Below, piece after piece: positions 26,357 through 36,700 of a stretch of DNA of 64,000 bases. The notes below the pieces were generated by a model. That model saw only the letters and a program-made list of their open reading frames with translations, searched no databases and was not told the origin of the DNA. The position numbers were made by a program, and so were the translations under genes. The stretch is from positions 124,001 to 188,000 of the forward strand of contig NIVC01001342.1 in assembly GCA_002269645.1 (NCBI GenBank). The letters run 5' to 3'. Position 1 is the stretch's first letter, and each line of letters begins with the position of its first letter. The DNA is from Macrostomum lignano. Lineage: Eukaryota.

Positions 26357-27486
26357 CTACTCATAGTAGCCAGCCAGATCGGCGGCCGTTTCTCCCTGCT
26401 CATCGACCACCACAAGGCACCGCGGCCCGACCTCGGTGACGAGCCACGCCATCAGCTGCTGCTTCTCGCTGTTCGCAGCGGCATAGTGAGCCACCGTCTG
26501 ACCGCGGTGACCCGTCAGCCTGAAGGCGGCGACGCCCAGCGTCTCCTTGATGAGCCTCAGCGAGTCCACGCCCTGGTACTGAGCTGCCAGATGAATGGGC
26601 AGACTTTGAGACGAATCTTTAACCAGCAGACACTTAGTTCCCAGATCCTTGATGCACCAGGCAAAGTGCATCTCCTTGATAAGGCGGAGTTGCTGGAGGT
26701 GTTTCTCGCTGCTTTGTGCACCGAAGTCTCTCCGTTGAGGCCTTTCAGCATGAAGACGAGCGACCCGAGCTGCTCCTTGATGAACTGCATGGAGTCTTCG
26801 CCTTGCTTAAGTGCAGCCAGGTGGATAGAAGTGCTGCCCTCATCATCTTTTTCAATCAGAGAGTCTGAGCCGCACTCGCTGACCAGCCACTTGAGTGCCG
26901 AGTTGCTGCTTTCATTTCCAGCGGCACAATGAATAGCAGTTCGGCCGAATTGTCCTTTCTGAAAGAAGCAGTCGGGTCCGAAAAGCGACTTGAAGAACTG
27001 CATTGAGTCTGAGCCCTGCCTGAGCGCTGCCATGTGCACAGGTGAGTCACCATACGAATTGAATGCACTCAGAAAACCGGGTCCTTTCTTTCTGGCAATC
27101 CACTTCAGAATGGATTTGCTGCGCTTGTTTGCAGCCGCGAAGAACGTAATGGACCTGTTGCACCTGCCTTTCAGCTCGAATCATTCCGCTCCTATGCGGC
27201 TGTGGATGAACTCCATGGAGTTCTCGTCTTGGCAAAGAGCAACCAGATGCAGTGGCGTGCTGCCATACTGGTCTCTGGCTTGAGTCAGACAGGAGGGGCC
27301 GAGCCTCTCAACCAGCACCTTCAGACAGTCGAGTCCGTAAGTCTTCAGAGCAAGATAATGAGCCAAAGAATCCTCAACCGCCTTAGTCTTTACCGTCAGG
27401 TTGCTGCCGACCCGCCTGCACAGGCGCAGCAGCTGCTCGCGGTCGTTGGCATCCAGAGCAGCGCCCAGTTGCTCAGATGTCGCCAT
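26357..27486 (-). pseudogene. Ankyrin-repeat gene with an in-frame TGA (27181-27183) and a frameshift (~26680)
   Basis: Repeated G-x-T-x-x-H-x-A-A motifs (GSTPLHLVA, GDSPVHMAA, GRTAIHCAA, GETSVHKAA, GQTVAHYAA). ORFs 27181-27486 and 26557-27039 are in the same frame; 26357-26671 is shifted. Confidence 0.8.
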
Positions 27487-27649
27487 CGCCTGGGCGGATG
27501 AAAATCTTTGTCCGAAAAAGTTGCTTCTGGCTGTCCCTGTTAGCGTCCGAGAGCCGGTGCTGGCATGCAGTGCCGCTCAGCTTATTCCAGCTTGGAACCC
27601 AGCCGAAGTGAAGCTCTTTGAGTTCGACTGACGCTGCTTGACAAACTGC

Positions 27650-29062
27650 TCAGTTCTGAATGCGCAGAGCATTTAATCTCTTTCTGCTTGACGCAAGAAT
27701 TCTCTGCACACTGGCGTTCTGCATCTCTATTGAGTGCTCAATAAGGCACAAAGAGAGTACTTTAGACTCATATGTGTGTGCAAAACCTATGAGGGAGGAA
27801 AAAAATCCTGTTTTGAGTTTCTCATTGTTCTCGGGGTAGCTGAGTCTTCTCTCAGCGCCATCCAGCTCAGTGTCCCGTGCGCAGTCCTCATCGAGCTCCA
27901 TCATCCGTGTGGCCAGCTTCCCGCTCACGCAGCCGTAGAAGGCCATCGCCATCGCAGTCTCGGCAGTCATCATCACGCAGGGGACGTACAGACTCTTGGA
28001 CTCGCCGAGCACCGGCTGCAGGATCGGCTGGCCGATGGGATATTTCTTCATCAGGGTTTTAGCCAAGTCCCCAAGGACAACACCGGTCGCCCAGATGGTG
28101 AGCAGGATGCCCATAACAAGGTTTTTACCTGCCGCGGGGGCCACCCGGTACATGAGCTCGGATCCCGCAGCCACCGCCAGGGCGTTGGCGATTCCGTCCG
28201 CAGCCGACGCGGATGCGTAGACGGCCCGGACCAGCTGCGGCCTCAGCTCACCGCCAGCCGCAGCGGCCCAGCGGTTCCAGCCAATCAGAGCGGCCCAGCG
28301 GTTCCAGCCAATCAGAGCGGCCCGACACGCCAGCAGCAGAGCGGCTCCGCAGTAAAAGCGAGCGTTGATTCCGCCGTCCTTTTTGTTGAGGCAGCAGCCG
28401 CGCTGGTGGCAGCCGGCAAGCAGCAGCAGGGTGAGGACGATGGTCGCATTGACTCCAGCCAGGACCTCTGTGCAGCCGTTGTGAGCTGAGCTCTCGCTGG
28501 TGCCATTGAGATAGAAGCTGATCTCCAAGCAGTAGAGCGCTTCGCTGTCGTACGCCCCGCCGTGGACAATGGAAAAGACGCTGCCGAGCAGCACGAAGGG
28601 CGCGAGCAGCAGGAAGCAGCGCAGCAGCCGAGCGCGGGTCGGCAACTGGAAGCCGTCAGCCAGCTGGCAGCGGAGCCTGCGCTGAAAGGCGCTCCAGTCG
28701 AAGTGAAGCGTGAAGGCCAGCGCAAAGAATACGCATGGCGCAATGACGCAGACGGTGACGTTAGCGCGAGGCCGCGCCACTCTCGTCAGATGGCCCGCGA
28801 GCTCGCCGAGCGATGCTGACGCGTAGTGCGCCAGCAGGCCGGGCGCTGGGCTGCCGAGCTGGCCGTGGGAGACCTTCAGGAGCGCCGCCAGCAGAGGCAC
28901 CATGCCGATCGCATTGGCGAAGCAGACTGTCCACAGAGCGGCGAGGAACACCGCTCTGCGCCCCGCCGTCTCCAGTGCCGCGGTGTACAGGCCGGACAGC
29001 AGCAGCAGCAGGCCTGAAGCTCTCAGCAAGAGCCGCTCGCCCGTCCGCCGGTCAGCCAACAC
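27650..29062 (-). CDS. MFS transporter, SLC15/POT (PTR2)-like; N-terminus probably incomplete
   Basis: About 10 hydrophobic segments; SELMYRVAPAAGKNLVMGILLTIWATGVVLG matches the POT-family E-F-x-Y-x-x-A-P..MG motif. Confidence 0.6.
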   Translation of the reverse strand: MLADRRTGERLLLRASGLLLLLSGLYTAALETAGRRAVFLAALWTVCFANAIGMVPLLAALLKVSHGQLGSPAPGLLAHYASASLGELAGHLTRVARPRANVTVCVIAPCVFFALAFTLHFDWSAFQRRLRCQLADGFQLPTRARLLRCFLLLAPFVLLGSVFSIVHGGAYDSEALYCLEISFYLNGTSESSAHNGCTEVLAGVNATIVLTLLLLAGCHQRGCCLNKKDGGINARFYCGAALLLACRAALIGWNRWAALIGWNRWAAAAGGELRPQLVRAVYASASAADGIANALAVAAGSELMYRVAPAAGKNLVMGILLTIWATGVVLGDLAKTLMKKYPIGQPILQPVLGESKSLYVPCVMMTAETAMAMAFYGCVSGKLATRMMELDEDCARDTELDGAERRLSYPENNEKLKTGFFSSLIGFAHTYESKVLSLCLIEHSIEMQNASVQRILASSRKRLNALRIQN

Positions 29063-29210
29063 TCCCTCTCTTCCTACACTCCCTCTCTCCCTACATTCCC
29101 TCTCTTCCTACACTCCCTCTCTCCCTGCACTCCCTCTCTCCCTACACTCCATCTCTCCCTACACTCCCTCTCTTCCTACACTCCCTCTCTTCCTACACTC
29201 CCCCTCCCCC
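29060..29210. repeat. 17-bp pyrimidine-rich minisatellite (ACTCCCTCTCTTCCTAC)n abutting the transporter ORF
   Basis: Direct reading. Confidence 0.85.
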
Positions 29211-29554
29211 TACGCTCTCATTACCAAAATGCATGCAGTTGATCGGCAGGTTTATTCGTTTCTTTCAGTCGAATTTCCTGGAATTGAGACCGACTGTCGA
29301 ATCATGTTTGCTCAGCAGTCTCTGCACTGTTTCAACTAAATATTACTAGCAGTAGTATGATGGCGTGGTTTCAGTGCATTTTTAACTGCATGTTTCTTTT
29401 GTATCAGAAATCTCTCGCAATGTCCATAATCACTGAAGAAGGGCAGAAATAGCAGACACCTGCACTGCACTGTCTACTTCTCCCTGCACTCTGTCTACCT
29501 CTCCCTGCACTCTGTCTACCTCCTCCTGCCTACTCTCCCTGTCTACTTCTTATC

Positions 29555-29770
29555 CTATCCTAGTGGTTAGAGCGTTGGACTCACAACTGCAAGGTCGGGG
29601 GTTCGATTCTTGACCTGCTCGGAACAATTTGTGTCCTTGAGCAAGAAACTTAACTCTGCATTGCTTCAGTCCACCCAGCTGTAAAATGGGTGCCAGCATT
29701 AGCTGGGTAATTAAGGGTGTGTTCCTAAACATGCTGTAGCATGTAAACATGCTGTATCCTAGTGGCGACC
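29555..29770 (+). mobile_element. tRNA-derived SINE with CORE-like domain
   Basis: A box TAGTGGTTAGAGC (29561), B box GGTTCGATTC (29600), then GTGTCCTTGAGCAAGAAACTTAAC..CTGTAAAATGGG resembling the MIR/CORE consensus. Confidence 0.75.
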
Positions 29771-30129
29771 CCCCCCCCCAGTCCTTGGACTGAACAGCCG
29801 TACGCAGCCTTCAGATGCGCCGCGTAATAGCTGCGGCTGAGCTGTCGGTTGCACATCTGCCTATTAAGGCAGGTGTAAACAATCAATCAATTACTTCTTA
29901 TGCCATTTTAATGGCAGAAATTGGCATAAATATTTAGGAGTCTGATGATGGATGAACTTCGCGTTGTTTAAAATAAATTTTTAGCAAACATTATTAGATA
30001 AATTTTCAACGCCACAATGATTAATGTATCAGGCGCATGCAGTGAGTACGAAGGTATTTGTCCGATACATGAGTCGGCAAACTTTTTCACTTCAGGGCCA
30101 GCTATGGAATCTAGCGCATGGCTGCGGGC

Positions 30130-30260
30130 CAGAGAAAGGAGAAGAGAAAAGAGGAGGAGAGAGGTTGGGAGAGGAGAGTTGGGAGATGAGAGGAGAGGGG
30201 AGAAAAGAGGGGAGAGGAGGAGAGAGGGGAGAGGGAGAGGAGGAGAGAGGGGAGAGGGAG
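30130..30260. repeat. GA-rich minisatellite (left part)
   Basis: Same units as 32015-32880. Confidence 0.85.
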
Positions 30261-32010
30261 AATGACCAGCTGGCTGCCCTTGTCGGCCGGCTTGATGACG
30301 ATGGACTTGTCCGCCCGCAGGTCTCGCAGTGCCTTTACCTCCGCCTCGCTGATGTTTGGAGCGTTCCTGCAGTCCCGGATGTTCTCCCTGACGTCGTCAA
30401 GCTCCGCCAGAGCGACTTGAATTTCGGGCCGGATGCGGCTCCCATCGATGCTGGCCGTTGGGCGTCGAGGAAGCGGCGGACCGTCGTCCACCGTCAGTTC
30501 GCGCTTGAAGCCGCGAGCCTCCGACACGGTCAGACGCTCGCCAAAGTCTTGGACGCCGGACGCCAGTGACTCCGCCGAGGTGCACCGAGGAGCCACTACG
30601 AAGGACTGGCCGCGCTCCAGCAGTTGCAGTTAAGTCGGTAAGAGAGCGCGATCCAGGCTGATCTGGTCCCGTCGGAATGCCAGGTCCTTGGTGTCCAGCG
30701 AGATCAGGCTGACGGACCGGTAGCTGCTCTGGAACTGGTTCGCCTTGCGGCAGTTATTCTTCTGGAGCGCCTGCGCATCGGGTGGGCACACGGTCTGCAC
30801 CACCCAGATTGACGCACAGGGGAAAGCCTTCCTGATGTTGGTCAGGCTCATCTTCCAAAGCTTGGCGATGGAGAAGTCAAAGCTCTCACGGTGGAGGTCG
30901 TTGTTGCCGGCCCAGACGATGACGTGGCCTGTGGCGGGACTCGCATTCTCCACCTTGCTGATGTTCTTCAGGTAGTCCAGCGTGAGGCCTGGAAAGCAGT
31001 GCACCTCCAGGTCTGGCGAGGCCAGCTTCACGAATTCCATGTTCTGGTCAGCGATCACCAAGGTGGGCTTCTGCTTTGAACTCAGCTTCCAGTGCTTCTT
31101 GGCTCCGTGGTGGAAGACGACTTTGTTCTCCCGTAAGCTTCTGGCAGTCTTCGACGGCTGCATGAGGCTCCCGGAATCAGGAGAACCAGATGGAGGTCTC
31201 TACCTGGTGGCAACCGGGGTTCCAGAGTCTGCGGCATCTTCACTTGTCCGTGCGGTGACAGTTTCTGGGACACCAGTAGACGTAGTCATGGGTAGGGACA
31301 CCCCCTGTTCGTCGGAGACTCAATTGAGGCACAGTCCCGTGCGGATGGCGCCGTAGAGTTCTCTTCTCGAGCCGACGAAGCTGACGAATCCGCCGGCGCG
31401 GTCGCCGACGAAGCTGACGAATCGGCCGGCGCGGTCGCCGACGAAGCTGACGAGTCCGCCGGCGCGGTCGCCGACGAAGCCGCCGAGGAAGCCGCCGGCG
31501 CGTTAGCTCCAGTCTCGAAAATGGACATGTGCTCCTCCGACGCCTCCTCGATGATGGAAGCCAACGAACCGGACGTAGGTGGGGCAGCGGTCGACGCTTG
31601 GAAATGCGGCGTGGCTTCGAGCTGCGTAGCCGGTTCACTCAGACAGTCAGCCAGTGCCTTGAACCCATGGGTGTGCAGTCGCTCCATCAAGGATGCGGGG
31701 ACTCCAGACTCTGCCAATCTTGTCAGCGGCCTACCGGATGCCTATGAGCCAGCCGGTCTTGAATTCCTCCACCGGGCCGGATAGTCGAAGCTGCTCCAAC
31801 TTCTCGGCCACCGCTGCGAACTGCGTGCCATAATGCGTCCTCATGTCCGCCGTTGTGTGCACCAGCCACTGAAGGGCATTGGATTCAAAGCGCTAGTGAG
31901 TCTCCTTGCTCTGGAACGCTGGACAGAGGAATAAGGTCAGACTATCTGCCTTCCTTCGGACTGTCACTGGGGCTGCCGGGCGAGACCAGTTCTGCAGATG
32001 GTGGTAGATC
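30260..32010 (-). mobile_element. Degenerate, 3'-truncated Penelope-like retroelement with an SGNH esterase-like domain upstream of the RT N-terminus
   Basis: LVIADQN / HCFPG / VIVWAGNND (SGNH-like). In the same frame after a TAA at 30630: LQLLERGQSFVVAP and NISEAEVKALRDLRADKSIVIKPADKGSQLVI (PLE RT N-terminal hallmark). Frameshifts further upstream. Confidence 0.75.
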
Positions 32011-32014
32011 CTGC

Positions 32015-32880
32015 AGGAGAGAGGGGAGAGGGAGAGGAGGAGAGAGGGGAGAGAGAAGCAGAGGGGAGAGGGAGAGGAGGAGAGAGGGGAGAGAGAAGCA
32101 GAGGGGAGAGGGAGAGGAGGAGAGGGGAGAGAGAAGCAGAGGGGAGAGGGAGAGGAGGAGAGAGGGGAGAGGGAGAGGAGAGAGGTTGGGAGAGGAGAGT
32201 TGGGAGAAGAGAGAGGAGAGGAGAAAAGATTGGAGAGAAGGAGAGAGAAAAGGGGAAAGGAGAGAGAAGCAGAGGGGAGAGGGAGAAGAGGAGAGAGGGG
32301 AGAGGGAGAGGAGGAGAGAGGGGAGAGGGAGAGGAGGAGAGAGGGGAGAGGGAGAGGAGGAGAGAGGGGAGAGGGAGAGGAGGAGAGAGGGGAGAGGGAG
32401 AGGAGGAGAGAGGGGAGAGGGAGAGGAGAAGAGAGGGGAGAGGGAGAGGAGGAGAGAGGTTGGGAGAGGAGAGTTGGGAGAAGAGAGAGGAGAGGAGAAA
32501 AGATTGGAGAGAAGGAGAGAGAAAAGGGGAAAGGAGAGAGAAGCAGAGGGGAGAGGGAGAAGAGGAGAGAGGGGAGAGGGAGAGGAGGAGAGAGGGGAGA
32601 GGGAGAGGAGGAGAGGGGAGAGGGAGAGGAGGAGAGAGGGGAGAGGGAGAGGAGGAGAGAGGGGAGAGGGAGAGGAGGAGAGAGGGGAGAGGGAGAGGAG
32701 GAGAGAGGGGAGAGGGAGAGGAGGAGAGAGGGGAGAGGGAGAAGAGGAGAGAGGGGAGAGGGAGAGGAGGAGAGAGGTTGGGAGAAGAGAGAGGAGAGGA
32801 GAAAAGATTGGAGAGAAGGAGAGAGAAAAGGGGAAAGGAGAGAGAAGGAAGAGGAGAGAGGAGAGGAGAGAGAGCTGAGA
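32015..32880. repeat. GA-rich minisatellite (GGAGAGAGGGGAGAGGGAGAGG and variants)
   Basis: Direct reading. Confidence 0.9.
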
Positions 32881-32899
32881 TGAGACAGACCTTGTGACC

Positions 32900-32976
32900 C
32901 TGAGCGGGCCGGATTGCTATTGTGAAGTTTCAAAAGGCCGGATAGAGAGGCTTCGTGGGCCACATCAGACCCCTGG
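32900..32976. mobile_element. Possible hAT-like transposon end fragment
   Basis: GGGCCGGAT repeats and a terminal ACCCCTG resemble hAT subterminal/TIR sequence; no partner end found. Confidence 0.25.
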
Positions 32977-33730
32977 TCTAATATATGAGATTTTTGACGC
33001 TACAGCTCAGATAAGAGCTCCTTCTCTCATCACGGTGAAGTGAAATATTTTATTTTTTGGGGTGTTCTTAGTCTTAAAGACTTATACTACTATGGCTCTG
33101 GAATTGCCTTCTATTATCAGTGTGAGAGCCAAATAAACAAGGCCGGTGGATTCGACAAACTTTTCCTGATGACGCAATCACGAGATGTTTGCTTTCAATC
33201 CGTTGTATTTGGTGTGCGCGAACTCAGAGATGTTCACTGCCAGATAATATAAATAGGGGTGTTCCAAGTAAGAGTTCGATTAATTAAAGCTAGAGCTTCG
33301 ATGGACCAATTTGTTGATTCCAAGTAGTTGGCTACTTTCTCATCATAAGATTTTGAATGACAATGGGATAAGCATCATGGAATCAAGGAGCACTAGAAGT
33401 TGTATCAGGATTTAACAGATTAAAGCGTTAATAAATTATAAATAAACCTATTCTGGAGCTTCTGGGGCTCAAAGGTTTGAGCACTAATCTTGAAAACAGT
33501 CGAGTAGAATGCTTTTTGTGAAGGCAAGCATTCAAAGCCTTCAAATAATATTTTTTCAATATTTATGACTGTTGCGTCAAGATACAACGGTAACTTCTAG
33601 TGGTCCTTGCATGGGAAATTGAATAACACAATTGGATATTGAATAAAACAATGGGATCAGCATAATGGGATATTGAATGACACAATGGAATCAGCATCTT
33701 GGGATATTGAATAACAGAATGGGATCAGCA

Positions 33731-36700
33731 TCATGGGATATTCAAAAACTCAGATAAACCAAAATCCTCAGTCTCATCATCAACCTTAGGCTGAGTCTTA
33801 GCCATAGCCCTAGCCTCACTCTTAGCAATAGCTTCAGGGTTAGTCTTGGCACAGATACTATATAAGCCTCTTATACTAAATATAGCATCTGCGCCCTTGG
33901 CGCTGTCCACAGCCCTGGCAACCGCGGCATCGTCCAGCAGCAGGCGGGTCTCCTCGGCGAACTCCGCGGCCCGGTGCGCCAGCTCGTAGACGCTCCTCGG
34001 AGCTCCATCGGCGGTGAGCAGCCGCTGCACCTTCTCCTCCAGCGCGTCGATCTCCAGCTGCATGGCGTGCTTCTCCTCGTTGACCGACCAGACCCACAGG
34101 ATGATCCAGGCGCCCTCGCTGCTCAGAATCCTGTGCTCACGCTTAACCAGGCACCTGGCCTCCTTATTGTCGCTGTCCATCACCGCTGGGAAGAAGTTCA
34201 ACTTCTTGCTCCCGTTGAAATAATGACCGATGTCATCTGTGAGGGACTCGATGCTGAAGCTGTCGGGCTCAGTCTGATAGCGCTTCACCTGCTTCTCCAT
34301 TTCGGCTTCTGAGCTTTTTGTGAGCTTCTTCGGCTTCTGGTCTTTGTTGGCGCTGCTGTTCTTGTACGCGAATGGAAAGTACGCCACTGGCGGGAAGCTC
34401 TCTGTGAGCTCACTGCTTTGCTGAACTTGAATGTTGAAACTTTTCCAAGCGTGGTCCAAGACCTTGTGCGAGTTCTCCAGCGTCTGCTTGAGGAACTTCT
34501 TCTCTTGCTGGCGATCGGCTATGAGATGGTACCGAGTGGCCGAGAGCAGTGCTTGACGTGGATACGGGTTCAGATCGAACTCCTCTTTCACCTTGTCGCA
34601 AATGTCCCGGAACTTAACTTCCGCTTCATTTACTGCCTTTTTGTAGCTGTCCTGCATCGCTAGATCGAATTCCACCCCTAAAATCTCCAATTTTTTGTAC
34701 AGCAACCTTTTCTTGGTGAAGAAGGACGTTGAGCTTTTCCGCAGGTTCAGCAGCCGAGCAACCAGCTCATACTGATCCCTGTGGTGAAGTTTAGGCACCC
34801 TGTGACGCCCACCGCTGACTCTGGGGCGTACCTTGTTGTTGTTGTTGTTAAAATCGTTCCTCAGGCCCTGAAGAAACTCCAAAACTTGCTGGCCAGCATC
34901 TTTGCACTTCAGCCTGAGACACTCGAGTAGACCATCGCGTTTGGCTTTAGATTGAGTCCCAGGATGCTCCAGCTTGCTCAGCTTGCTCATAATGGAGTCG
35001 GCAATCAGCTCGCGTCTGTGCGGCAGTTTCGAATCAAGCAGCTCGAACTTCTCCTTTGCAGCATCAAACTGCTCTAACTCCAGATGCAGAACTCCTTGAA
35101 GCTCAGTCCACAACTGATGCGGATAATTTGTTGTGGCAGCAAGTAAGTCCTCAATCAGTTTCTCCCGCTGTTCACGAAGTTCAGCAATAACAGTTTTTGC
35201 AGGAAGACCTCCGTTATCGATCTGTGCTATAAATTTAGCTAACATATTTTCATCTGAAGCTGAAAGCAGATCCTCAAGTTCATCAATTTTAAGCTCAGCA
35301 TTCTGATATTTCTGACGGAGTTTTTCTTTTGCAGCAGTCGCCCATTTCGGATACTGGTTTAGCGCAGCCAAGACGGAAGTAGCGCTGAACTTGCCGTCGA
35401 TTTGCCAAAGCTTCTCTTTAAATCTTGTCAACTGTATTTCAGTAGGATTAGACAACAGCTTTTTGAGCTCGTCCTCCGTAAAAGTGTCATTCTCCGGATA
35501 TTCCCGATAGAACTTGAACATTGCTGCAGTCGCCCAGCTGTCCCGCTGACTTTCTAGCGCAGTCCGGACGGAATCAGCCGGGAATTTGGCATCCAGAGCT
35601 CTCAGAAATTCAAGGAACAGCTTTGAATTGTTAAGCAGATCACTGAGCCGCGCAAATGAAAGATTAATATTTGGCTGCGCTTTGATTTCTCTGCAGCATT
35701 CTCTCACGGCGGCAGCAGAGTCCCTTTCATCGATGAACGAAAGAATAAATCTTGCATCATCGTTGTCCCTATGGCCCAGCTTTTTTTTCAATTCATTTTT
35801 CTGATACTCACTGAGACAACTGTGCCAATTGGGAGGCTCATCTCCAGCGTACTCATTCAGCGCCCATGCAATGCACTGCGCACCTTCAGCTAGGCGACCA
35901 TTAATTGCCAGGAAGTAGCCCTTCTCTGCCACAACGTGTGCTTTATGGGCTTCCCTGCTGGGTCTTAGGCAGAGAGAATCGTAGCGCTGGCAGATCCATT
36001 CGATGCGATCATCCTCTGATTTGCGCTCCTGCACGTCGAAGATATTTTGATTCTGATCCAAGTCGATGAGCGATTTGGCCACCCAAATGTTGTTCTCGGG
36101 ATCAGCTTTTTTAAAGTGTTTTCGAGCTTCCTCGATTTTTCTTTCTTGCTTGAACAAGTAATGTGCCATTTGATGGTGCAAGTCGGGGCTTTCATACCAT
36201 TCGTTAGAGCCACTCTGATTCAGAAGCTTTGACGCGAGGCGAAACGCTTTCGCTGAAATCTCTGTTATTTTCATTCTATCCTCCCCTTTCAATTTTTTGC
36301 ACAGTTTTCTGCACACACTCAAAACAGTCACGAGCACGGAGAGGCATTTTTGGGCCGAGTAGTTGTCATAAGATTCATTTAGTTCCCGGGTGGCGTTTTC
36401 TATCAACTCCTTGGCTTTTGGGCCGTCAGAATTCAGAGTTGCCTCAGCATAGCTGGCAAGAAGCAAAGGCAGAGTGTCCCTGTGACTCTCTCTGCAAATC
36501 TGTTCGGCTTTTTCCCACAACTCCAGCTCTTCTTTTTCGGCGGCGCATCTGTTGTCTCTGCTCCTGCGAATTCGAGACTTTGTGACGGCGAGTCCAAACA
36601 GCCCGTAAAAATTGCTTGAGTCCTTTTCAGATGCTTCGGTGAAATACTCTTCAGCCTCAGTCAGTTTCCCGAAGCCGCAGCGCAGCAGAATCCAGCCCAC

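Noticed and set aside
27181-27183. Selenocysteine readthrough of the TGA in the ankyrin gene
   Set aside because: A second lesion (frameshift) exists, the position is not catalytic, and no SECIS was identified; a nonsense change is simpler.
29555-29625. Functional tRNA gene
   Set aside because: A and B boxes are present but the acceptor stem is missing and a CORE-like body follows, so it is a SINE head.
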